Assembly (NCBI GenBank): GCA_017499595.2
Contig: CM039010.1
Span: 124,001 to 188,000, forward strand
Reading direction: 5' to 3'
DNA: 64,000 nt
DNA from: Psilocybe cubensis
Taxonomy: Eukaryota
Within the stretch, counting starts at the first letter, position 1. The number at the start of each line of letters is the position of its first letter. The position numbers were made by a program, and so were the translations under genes. Positions 1 to 11,355 of this stretch are shown here, piece by piece. The notes beneath the pieces were generated by a model that ran no database searches, was not told the origin of the DNA, and was given only the letters and a program-made list of their open reading frames with translations.

Positions 1-156
1 GCGGCCAAAGCAGCGGTAGCGATAGTAAGAAGAGTGGCAGCAGAAGCAAAGAAGTTGAACATTGTTGGTATTCTGGATGCATATTACTTTGAAGATCATC
101 AGCTTTTATACAAATTTTGGACCGGACAAGGTATAGGCTCACCACCATTTACACGA

Positions 157-1595
157 CTAAGTTCTGTGTGGGTGACGGCGCTGGATTACCGCAGTACCGC
201 CTCTGAAGATCACACGATTTGTGGTGTTTCCGATATAGAAATGTATTAAACGGAGACTATAGTCAGCCATAAAAGGTATGCAGCTGTGGTCGCCATACCT
301 TGGGGTCAGTACGTCGAACGTTAAATTCCACCATAGCCCATGAAATGAAAATGAGTCTAATTTCTTTGGAATAAATCGGGCGTAGTTTTCGAAATAAGGT
401 AACACTCTTCTTTCCATACGAGTGAGCCAACGAACCAATAAGTCAGGATAAGAATCTTACACGTGTACCATCTGCCCAAGCACTTGAACAGTTTCGAACA
501 ATAACTTCGCAAGTGGAAAAACTAAGGAAATTTTGCCGTGTATAACATCGGTAATTTGGATTAGAATTTAACTCCTTACATTGGAAAAGTCCATTTTTTA
601 CACAGCGAGATTGCACTCCTTGTTTTGGTTGCCATTCACTTTGGGAGTGTGAGATTAATGATTCAAAGGATTGATTTTTTTCGCAAAAACTCTGGAGTGG
701 TGGAAGAAGAGCGATTAGAAGTATTGTAAAGCAGGTCCCATCAAAATGACACCAACCATGGACCGACAGAATAGTAAGGGAAATTAAGAGTCTAGATGTC
801 CGAGCGGGCCCCGTGCGCGTTTGGACAAGGATGACTTGTTCTCAATGTCGCCGATACGTTCACAATGCCAAAGAAAACCCGGAGAGCACGTATACAGTCA
901 AAACGCTCAAGTAAAAGAGTAAATGTTTGGGTACAAATCTTCCGGCAGAAGCTTGGCACCACTGTTATGAATCTTGAAAAGGACACGAGGAAGACCGTTA
1001 CAGTTAGCTAATTGTGGTTAAACATATTTTAGAGCGACTGACCCCTACGAAAACCTTATGCTCCTCTTCTTTCCAGATCAGAATGTCCACATGAATTTGA
1101 GCCTTAGCGTATTGCGTGAATGTGAACAAGGCCATGAGTTATCGCAAGAATCGAGCATTCCTGTGTCGGGAGGTTAAGGAAGCAAAAGGATCATTTCAAA
1201 TTCGCTCGTTGTTGACTGATGTTGTAAAGCTAAAGGCTGTTCACAAGCAGGAACAAATAAACATTATCTAATCTTTTATCAGAGATAAAAGCTTGGAGAT
1301 CAACCAGTATCACAACATTCATCGCGATGATCATTTCTAATGCTACAGAGCCAACAAAATTTAAAATATTGGGGAAAGTTAAGTTCATTAGTAAGTGCTG
1401 GGATGGTAAAATCAAAATGATTCTATTACCCATCATGAGCCGCGTTCCACTCCTACATATTCTGCCAGCGATAAGCCAACCAACCAGTGATATTCTGAGT
1501 TCTCTCGACACCGATTTTTCTACACTGTCATTTCGGATTAGGGAAAATATCCGTTTGTGATCTCTGTCATCTAAAGCTTCAATGCTCGATTGCAT
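157..1595 (-). pseudogene. Probable degenerate, multi-exon gene remnant of unknown family
   Basis: Several minus-strand stretches read as protein-like sequence broken by stops, with GT-type donor-like sites nearby. No domain recognised. Confidence 0.25.
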
Positions 1596-1775
1596 AATTG
1601 TGTCCTAGAAGCAATATAACATCGGGATATCAGCAATAACTTTCAGCGATCTGCATCGTCACCTTTTGGAAAAATCAACGAACGTATCATATGTTGATCG
1701 CATTTTGAGAGCCGCAAGGTATGCGCGTGCGGATATGGATGCGGTGTGGCCCTAAGCCGCCTTTGGCGATCTTTA

Positions 1776-2930
1776 CACGATGGGCACCTAACTGTCATGT
1801 GGCTATCTAACATGTTAGCTAGGTTGTTGCCATAATATTGTACTATGTTAATTGTCATGTAATTGTCATGTTAACTGTCATGTTTTTGAGTCACACTCTG
1901 CCTTGTCACTCAAGACCATGGGGTCCAGCAGATACATATCCGGTTGACTTGAGGGAAAAATGAAAGGAAATGTAGAGTGTATACATTAACACTACACCAC
2001 CTGGCCAATATTAAACACTGGGGGCATTGGCTTAAGAAAACAGTAATTTGTCTGATTTTTTTTGATTGATCAAGTTGCAATTAAATTTCAAGATTTATTG
2101 ACAATAAAATTCATGTGGTGCACATCATGGCGGTATTTGAATCCATCAATACTAATGCCGAACGGCCGATCAGTAATCATGCTCGCTAGAATCCCCCTAT
2201 TTGTATCAATTTCTTCCAATATGGCGCGTACTCGTGCGTTAGAGAGACAGCATGCACATAGATATTAGCAAATAAGGACAATAATCTCACTTCCTGGGAA
2301 AGAATGGCAATTTTCTTCATTAACAATGCAAAAACGGTCGACGAGCAAACAATTGCAATCATGTCGCAAACTAAGATCGGAAATCACGTCGATTACGGGC
2401 TGAGAGGCTTGCTCTAGATGGGTGTGATTGTTGACAGAATGCGCACCTTGCCAGGCATTGGGAAACATAGCTGAAAACGCGCGCAAAGAGGAGACGCGCC
2501 GCGAAATAAAGACGCGTTTCGACGCGTCAAAGTTCCTTGACTACGCCGTTGCTGCGGTCGGCATGTTGGCCGCTTTCAAGCTCATTCAAACTCAGAAAGG
2601 CACACCAACAGTATACACCCGTCGGCTAAACTGTTCCACATGGTTTTAAAAAGTAAACAGCATCGTAAAAAAGAGAATTGAGTAGAACTATTGCCCCCAA
2701 GTCAACCAGTTATGTAACTGCCAGACTCCATTTTTGATTGCTAGCTTTGGGACTTGAAGACTATTCACGGTCCACAGAGACTTACTGGGTCTTGAGTGAC
2801 AAGGTAAAGTGTGACCCAAAAAACATGACAGTTAACATGACAATTACATGACAATTAACATAGTACAATATTATGGCAACAACCTAGCTAACATGTTAGA
2901 TAGCCACATGACAGTTAGGTGCCCATCGTG
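1776..2930. mobile_element. Non-autonomous TIR DNA transposon (CACG termini, 3-bp TSD; CMC/EnSpm-like)
   Basis: ~142-bp near-perfect TIRs (1776-1917 vs 2789-2930) beginning CACGATGGGCACC. TTA is duplicated at 1773-1775 and 2931-2933. TGTCATG motifs repeat inside the TIR. No transposase ORF. Confidence 0.9.
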
Positions 2931-3279
2931 TTATCAATGTCTCGCAGCCGCGCACAGGGTGCAAGTTGCTTCCTTTTGCTTCCCCACGCGGTTCACTGAG
3001 ATTATGTGAAATTTATTCCATTGTACTTCTGATTAACGGTGTACATTGTAAAATGACTCTGTTTGGATTTGCACCCCTTTTGAAAATCGAGGTACATGGG
3101 CGAATGAGCAACTAAGCGGTCTCCGATCCGTTTATTGACAAGGGTACTCCATATTATGCAAGTCAGCCTTCATATTCCACTATTCACTGACATTTATACG
3201 CATACAGAATTTTTTTTTCAGAATTATGTACAGTCCTTTTTCCACTCAATACCCAAATATAAACAACATGGTACAAATT

Positions 3280-4238
3280 TTAACAGGCCCTCCAAACGAA
3301 GGCGCTTTCCTGATGAAGTAAAAACGATCAATTAGTACAATAAAGAGATAATGAAATGAAAAATGACTTACTGGAAGATCAAAGGAATCAACGGTAAAAT
3401 ATCCGGCTTTTCCGCCAATGACACGAACAGCGGTGTTTACATTGACTAAAGAAGTTTTACCGCAGGGGCTCCAGACAGCAGGGGCCAATGCGGTGTTGAC
3501 GTTTTTCGAGCCTTTGAACACTTAGAATTAAGTTGAAAATCAGTTGGAAACGCTTACCGCTTGTTGTTCCATTGATGAATCCGTTTCCGGTGCTTCCTTC
3601 GATGCTAGCTTGGACTGTAGACTTTGTGTGAGTATCTTTGTCCCCTCCTGTTATAAATGACGGGTGACTCACAGTAATATGATGTCGTATAGGTTGCAGA
3701 AGCGCCTGAGGCTAGTTGGTAAGCCACATGCTGGGACAAAATTTAGAAGGCAAGTTCATGTTCGCTGATAAAGTTACACACATATTTAGCATTGTTGAGA
3801 GCAAACTGATAGCCAGCAGGGACCCTAACATCATTCATAAAAATCAAGGCAGTCGATGAGTAGTAGGGTGCTTACTGAACATTGAAAGTCGCTTGACAGT
3901 TCTTGCGACTGTCGCTGTACTTTGTTCCAGGTCCGGATGTAGCGAAAAAGTTGGAGTACACCAGGACAAGTGCCTTTCCAGTCTCTGTGAATGCCCGAGT
4001 GTCAGATATGTAAAGTAGAATAATGGATGTATATACGATATTTACCTGAGATCAATGCCTTTGCTGTACCAGGAGGGCATCCCGTCCCTGCAACAATGTA
4101 GTCCGTCCTGTATATATTAAATGAGCATTTACTATCTGATTATCATGATGCAACATACACTGCATAATCTTGTCCCAGCGCAACAACGGCGTAACCGAGG
4201 CAAAGAAGGATGGACCAGAAGGTGATACGGAAAGACAT
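3280..4238 (-). CDS. Secreted DUF4360-type fungal protein (multi-exon)
   Basis: Manual splicing gives signal peptide MSFRITFWSILLCLGYAVVALG, then GTGCPPG, SGPGTKYSDSRKNCQ, PAGYQF, VWSPCG...VNVNTAVR, TVDSFD and terminal WRAC*. These match the motif order I recall for DUF4360. Short GT-AG introns separate the exons. Confidence 0.8.
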
Positions 4239-7199
4239 TTCGAGTCAAGGGAATTGAGTTCGCGAAGAAAGAAGTCAAGAATTTCGAGATTTTGGGGAAT
4301 CGTTAAGAAGCTGTCCGTGTTTTTTACCTTTATTTTTAGACGGTCTGAGAAACCCGGCTGAGTCTCGTTGAGCATTGAAATCCATTAACTAAGAGTGATC
4401 AACCAGGGACAAGTCACATGGAGTGTATTGTCTGTATATTACTTGCGAGAATACGCGGCAGGGACAGAAGCACATGAAGCGGCCATCTAATCTGCGACTG
4501 AGGATGGGCAAAGAGTTTGTTTTGTTCGGGTTTTCTTTGGGAGGCTTTTGCCGAGGTTGCGGTTAGATCTAGACAACAAAAAAGCTTGGCACTTGATAAG
4601 CATAGACGCCGAAAGAAGCATCGAAGCTCGAAGAGATGACAAGCCAACGCGTTCTGTCAACATTTCTGTCAGATGACTGAACCTGTTCATACGAGCAGGT
4701 CTTGGATCGCGCTCGCGACGCGTGTTCTATTCTTGTTCATGCAGCGTTGTAAGATCCTTGTAAGGCATCATTCATACGGTGTATCAAGACGGAATATAAT
4801 ATCTGTGCGGTTTGCGTGATGCGCCGCTTTTCGTCCACCGGGTATAACTGAAATGGAGAATTATTTCAATATTTATTCGAAGAATACCCGACTTTACGAT
4901 GAAGACGCGTCGAGTTGGGAAAGAAGCAAACTATGGGGACTTTGAGGTGCTTTAGAACATTCTGATCTTTTAGAAATGGTGCCATATGGTACGTATTGTA
5001 GACCACTTTGGGTCTCATCGCATCGATATTTTTTACATTACATTTAATTTTTCACATTAAATCATAAATTTCAATTATTCAAACAAGGGGAAGGACCGAG
5101 GGAGCTTCTTCATTTTCGAATGGCAATCTTACTGCTCCCCCACATTCTCCCCTGTGTCTTGCGGAGCACTTGCTCATCTTCCTGCACGTTAATCATGGAG
5201 CAGAGCTCAACATACGCGCTCCCGAGCAGTTAGCGCTCAGGCAGAAAGTATATCCTGACCCTGACGATCTTGATGTCCCACGGTCTTCGAGTACGGGCGC
5301 CAGGTCACACCTTTGTCTATGGGCTTCAAATCGTCCCTACAGACTCTGGAAACTATCAATATTTCGCATTCAAATGGCCAAATAGAGACCAATGGTAGAT
5401 GGAACATTGAAGTGGTTGGATTAGCGTGCACCTGGACGTGGTGATTGGCCATGAAGATTCAATTTTCCCTCTCGTACCACCATGTAGCAAAGCTCCTGTC
5501 CTGTCTCGTTCTACACCTTGTATGCATGTTGGGCGTAATCATCGACAATTAAATATGTTAGTCAATCGCCTATTCGTGACCTGGAGATCAACATTAAGAG
5601 AACGTATCAAAAATCACCTGATCGTTGCCTTTGTGCACAAGTGCTTCTTCTATATCCACTGGTTGCCCTTCAAAGTACTCAATCAGGAAATGAAATTGTT
5701 AATCCTTTGAGTAAGATATAGCTACGATAATGGTTAGTATGAATGTAAGTTTTGAGGGATAGCGGTTCCTATTCGTTAACTGCAGGCTTGATAGATGGGG
5801 TAGCAGGGTAAAAGACCATATTGTAAGCTAGGTGATTGCGAACCAAGTATTCCAAAGGCCTTATGAGTTATCAATAGCTCTCCTGTGGAGAATTAAGGGA
5901 AATACAGACATCTAAGTCAACTCAAGAGTACAATGAGAATAACTCTCATGAAGTGAAATGACCAAACTTTTAGAGACTTGCATTAAATTAAAGATGATGA
6001 CACTATAGAATCGTGCAGATTAAATACAGAAATTGTGTCGGAACCGAAGAAATAGATTCATCTATAAAATCGTCATTACCACTCAGATTAACTTTACTCT
6101 ATCGACAGATCTTACTGCACAGGTCCGAGGTCCGAGTCTGCGAGAGAAAGGCCGTGTAATCTAGGTCCCAGTGTCTGAGTGAGATTTATCTGCCAATAAG
6201 ATTCAGTGCACAGATTTCAGAGAAGCACAGGCGCATGTGGATATTTGAATACATTTAAGACTGCCATATTGCGATCCAAGGATCCTTTCCTATCTGCTTA
6301 TTCGATTCATTCAGTCGGTTATCATCGATGGTAGCGCGCACCTAACGGAAACGGAAACGGGAAGCAGGAGAGATGAAAAGAAGGAAGGGGTAAATTTTAG
6401 AAGTAGTTACACATTCTAGTGGGGAAAGCCCCACCACTCGGGCTCTGAGGTACAGGACGTTGGACGGGCTTCCATTGAAATGAAGAAGTTGGTGCCCTTG
6501 GACATGGCCGGAACCGTGATCCTTTAATGACTGCGATAGAGGGATGGTGAAGATTGTCACTCTTTGGATTTACTATGGAGAATACTTGGCACCGCACTAA
6601 ACACAACGCTGCCCTGTTGCGGGGTGGAGCCTCAAATGCTTATAACGTAGTGGTTGTGTTTGCTGCAGGCAAGTGTGTGCCGTGATAGCCGTGTACCGTG
6701 AGAATATGTCTCGTCGCGGCAATAGCAAACTTTCTTTCTTACAGCTAAGCTGCCTTAGGCTTCTTGACTGCTGAAATATTTCAACTACATTTCTTTCACA
6801 AAATATTACGGATTTATAACCCGCGTCGTATCTTTCATCCTGTAAATTGCATGAATACAGCAGTCGCTTCGATGCCGATGGATGTGGAATGCCGAATTCA
6901 CACGATCAGCAGCCGGCACGGCATGAGTACAAAGACTGACTGCATTGCTTGCACCTAGATTGAAATACATTAGGTTGGAATTTGGCGCAGAAACGTCTTT
7001 ATAGGTAATTATCTGAAGTTTAAAAAGCTCTAAAAACACACCTATAGTCTTTCTGATGACCATATGGCAGTCATTATCAGTAGCGTATCTTCTCCCTCAA
7101 TGATTCAACTTATCAATCATCGTAAAAGCATGTTTGACGTCACATTGTGAATTTAAAGAGTTCTCCTCTGCAGAAACACTAATACTGAGGCGCTATAGC

Positions 7200-7514
7200 C
7201 TAGAGGTACGAGCAGCAGTTCCAGCACCCTCCGGGACTATCCACAAACGCAAACGAATCGCCAACACACTCGGGCGGGGAAGCGAAGCATGCCTTCGTGC
7301 AAGTCATGGGGCGGTCGGGGTCGGGGGTGGTGCAGCAATTTGCGTTTCTCCAGCAACCGGGACCACCTGCGGGCGCGAGGCCCGCGGCGCAGGTGGGTGG
7401 GGAGGGGTAGCAGTCGCGGGTGCAGGCTGTTTCAGTTGCGGTTGTTGGAGATGCGGATGTGAGTGTCAGTGAAGTGAAGATGAGCAAGGAGGCGAGGAAC
7501 GTTGGGTGTTTCAT
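7200..7514 (-). CDS. Small secreted cysteine-rich protein (104 aa, two 6-Cys repeats)
   Basis: Hydrophobic N-terminal signal peptide. 12 Cys in two similar units: CTRDCYPSPPTC..GCW..CC and CTKACFASPPEC..GCWNCC. Confidence 0.8.
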   Translation of the reverse strand: MKHPTFLASLLIFTSLTLTSASPTTATETACTRDCYPSPPTCAAGLAPAGGPGCWRNANCCTTPDPDRPMTCTKACFASPPECVGDSFAFVDSPGGCWNCCSYL

Positions 7515-8002
7515 TATTGCTAAGGATAAAGCTTGTGATGTTTGAATGCTTTCTTATTTGATGAGCTTTGTGTCAAATGTAATATTGCGAAATGTGGAAT
7601 TCGACTCACTGGTGTCGCTTGAGGTCAACACTTGGGAAAAAAGTCGCATCTTCTAAGTCATTTTATGTTGGATGGTGATCCTCCTTATCATCTAGCCCCC
7701 TTAATTATCAGGTAGACGGGATTCTTTCTGCTCACCGTGCCTACATAATACAACGGCCATAGATTCTAAACAGTCACGATCACCGTACATTTGAACAGTC
7801 AATTCGCGTGAACGTAAGTCTTGTTTAATAGGTTTTAATCTCATTATTAAAAGCTTCTGAAAACATGTATTGTGTATTTGTGATATTCAACAACGGAACG
7901 TGAACTATGATAGAACAAAAAGACAACCGCCCCGATTCCATTTACTGCGGTTTACAGATCAACACGCAAGTCCATACGTAGTAGTCATCAACTAAACAGA
8001 CA

Positions 8003-10521
8003 GTAGATTACAATGCAATGTAAACCAATACAATAATTTTTTAGTCTTACAAATCCACCCAATTTTCGGGGCCCGGTTTACAATGTAAAGCAAAAGTTTT
8101 ATTAGGTTAGAAAGTGGTCATAATTATTCAATTTAAATTTTTATTCATTTGAGTAAGTAGTAGGGACATGTGGGCATCTCACCCCATTTATGGGTTGTTG
8201 GGGCAATGTGTGTACATTGAAAGTGCATGCAATATCAGACTAGTGTGCATGCACGTTCTCCTTCCCCACCTGCAGACCAGTGCAGCGTGCCAAGGATGGG
8301 GTGCTGATACCCATCAGACGATTATAAAAATGAAACAGGTAAACACTTGAGGAGTAAGAAGACGGTTGGGGAGGGCATCTGGAGGCGCGCGCCAAGAGTG
8401 TGCAGGAGACTGGTGGCAAATGCGGCTGCGCAGTCTTGTAAGTGTGCGTTGGCGAGCTAGAGACGGGTAAATAGAATGTTATAGAATCAAGTTAGTAAAC
8501 AACTTTTTGATAGTAACAAATACTTAATTTAAAAAAAAGGAAAAAAATATGACTGAGCGGGGGAGTAGTGGATAATGGATCGATGCAAAATAGGAAAAAT
8601 GCAGAAATGCAGAATGCGGAAACATATGCAGAAAAAAGCAATGAGAGAAGCGTGATAGATGCAGCGAGGGACGAGGGATAACAAGGGTTGGAGGAGGAGG
8701 TGATGAATAAAACAAAAACCACAGCTCACCTTGCCCTCTAAAATCCATCCATGCCACCCATACCACCCATGCCGCCCATACTACCCATACCTCCAGCACC
8801 CGCCTTCTCCTCCTTGGGAGAATTGACGACGCACGCCTCGCTCATGAACAGCAAGCTGGCTACGCCGCTTGCATCCACCAACACCGTGCGCACGACTTTC
8901 AAGGGGTCAACGATACCCTCGCACACCATCTCGACGTACTCGCCCTTGGCGGCGTTGTAGCCCCAGAAGAACTTGTCTGCGCTGCCGTAGCCCATTGGGC
9001 CTGTAAGGAATGTTAGATGGTGCAAGAAGTACATTGTGAATAAGACCACTTACCCTGGTTCAACAGCACACCGACGGTGCGATTTCGGCAGTTGTTGTGA
9101 TAGTTTTGGCGTGTGCAAAGAGGAAAAAGACAACGCGGTCAACGGCGGCCTGAGACCCACGGCGCAGGTCCATGGGGTTGCATCCAGCTGCGACGTTCTT
9201 GACACCTTCTGAGTAGATGGCACGCGCAAGAACAGTGGCGGTTGTCGTGCCGTCTCCAGCAATCTTGTTTGTTTTCAATGCAACATCTTGAATCAGGCTG
9301 AACAAATCTACTTAGCGCTTTGCACAAAAACAACAAAAATGAAAAGAAGTACCGAGCGCCCAGGTTCTCAAACTTGTCTTTGAGAGTTATAGACTTTGCA
9401 ACCGTCACACCGTCTACCAACAACCAGACCCTCGTCAGCAAACAAGCTGCCTCTCCCAGAACCACGGAACACGCACCCTTGGTGATTTTTGGTCCACCGT
9501 ACGCCTGCTCAATGATCACATTGCGACCCTTGGTCCAAGTGTCGCACATCGACGCAACTATCCGAGCTATGTGAAATAGGTGCCAGCGGTTTTGACTTGG
9601 ACTCAGACTCGGAGATGTTTGTCAAACACGATCAGCAGATGTCGGAGCTTCAAAATCAAATCAAGCGGAGCCTGAACTCACTTGAAGTCCCGTTGCAAGC
9701 AAATGATCACGTCCACTTTGTTTACTTTCTTCCAACCACCACCATCCTCTGCCCACGGATATACCTGGGGGCAAGGTACGTGTATTCATTGTGATGTCTC
9801 CTTCTCAAACTAACATCATACAGACCTTCCTTTAACCAAAACAAGTTAGTAGATTATACTTTTTTGGTGAGTAATAGATGATTCTCACTCGGTGCTCATC
9901 AGTACTCACCACATACTAGGACCAACTATCTTGAACACTTGGGATGAAGGGTCAGTATTTTAGTCTCTATTTAGTGTGCTTTACACTACTAACATTACTT
10001 GTGAAAGGTCCCGGACAACCAGACACTTGGATACAGACTTGAAAGCATGTACATGTAAGTATATGCGCTTTTTATTGGTTTTTGATTCATTTTTTGATGC
10101 ATATATTTTGCTCCTCCTTTGCCCGTACCACTTCAGCTGTTCCAAATGCTTGAAGCTGCCTTTTCCCGTGCGTCTTCACCATTCACACCTTCTTTGTGTC
10201 ATTGAGTGTAGGAATTGTCAGCTTCAGGTTCTGTTTTGGTGTTGAGGGTCTGGAGCCGTGCACGCTAGCATGCGGGTTCAATGTGTCTTACATATATAGT
10301 TGTACTATTTTTATGAATAAATAATCTATTTTTCATTATGATTTTTGTGTGCTCCAAAAGGCATTACAATTGCAATACCCAAAAATATTGTAAACCTCAA
10401 ATTAATTTATTCACACTGCAATATTTCCGTTTTCTTACAACATTTCAAGAGCGTTGTAATGCAGTGCGAGAATTTCGAAGAAAAAAATATTTTATTGGGT
10501 TTACAATGCTTTGTAATCTAC
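8003..10521. repeat. Imperfect ~41-bp inverted repeat pair bracketing the Hsp60 remnant
   Basis: GTAGATTACAATGCAATGTAAACCAATACAATAATTTTTT (8003-8042) aligns with the reverse complement of 10481-10521 at 36/41 positions by eye. Extra TTACAA/TTGTAA motifs cluster at 10340-10600. No TSD seen. Confidence 0.55.
8738..9533 (-). pseudogene. HSP60: Hsp60/GroEL-family chaperonin fragment, internally deleted
   Basis: [39 protein letters not shown] and [19 protein letters not shown] are joined almost directly to the C-terminus [23 protein letters not shown]...GGMGGMGGM. The N-terminus and most of the middle are missing; introns are retained. Confidence 0.92.
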
Positions 10522-11155
10522 CCGCACTTTTTATGATGTAATCCTATGTGTATCCACGTATCCAATCCATTCCGGAGATTCTTTCATTACACTTTGTAAT
10601 CCCTCCGCAAACATCTGCATCGCTCCACCGACGTTGTAGGAATTACCTGAAAGTAGTACTACCAGATGACCTTTTATTCTCCAGGGCGCCGTGCTTGGCG
10701 GACACTGGATGCAGAGGTGGGTGCGAGCTTGGGTTTTGCTACTGGGTCAATCCTTTTTCTGCACACACGTAGCTGCAGGAGTACTTCTGGGACGGTTTGA
10801 ATCCTTTACATAGGGGTGTAAAATGCTGCTTGGGCACGCAAGATAAAGGAAATGCTCCGCAGTAGATACCATTTCCAACATTTAGGTTGTATGTCGTATG
10901 AGGCTCGGAAGTGCTCCGCTATATGATGGGATAGAAGAGTCCTGATTTGAAGCTAAACTGCGTCCTTGTTTGGTGAATTGGTCACTTTAAGGTGAATATT
11001 ACGGTCAAACAAATGGCATTTCATTTTCAGAGGAATTAGTAATACTTACCGATTTATTAGTAAACAGCAAATCCAAGTGTCCATCAAAGTCGATACAAAT
11101 TACCAAAGTAAGAAAGAACCGGAGTAGTAGCTTCGTCTGCTTTTTGATACTTTGA

Positions 11156-11355
11156 GACCCAATTCAAAATGTAGTTGATTTGAGGGCTGAAATGGGAGTT
11201 TCATTGGCTCAGCGTCTGCACAGTGATCTCTGACAAATATTATTTCTACGTTATGACCCAATTCAAAATGTAGTTGATTTGAGGGCTGAAATGGGAGTTT
11301 CATTGGCTCAGCGTCTGCACAGTGATCTCTGACAAATATTATTTCTACGTTATGA
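11156..11355. repeat. Perfect 99-bp tandem duplication
   Basis: The unit GACCCAATTCAAAATG...TTTCTACGTTAT starts at 11156 and again at 11255. A GA microhomology lies at the junction. Confidence 0.95.

Noticed and set aside
4414-5950. Short ORFs and a weak similarity between ~5855-5900 and ~1128-1180
   Set aside because: Too degenerate to assign; possibly paralogous pseudogene debris.
6410-6650. RNase MRP/P or telomerase RNA
   Set aside because: Only a partial GAAAGCCCC resemblance, with no convincing 3' conserved region or telomeric template.
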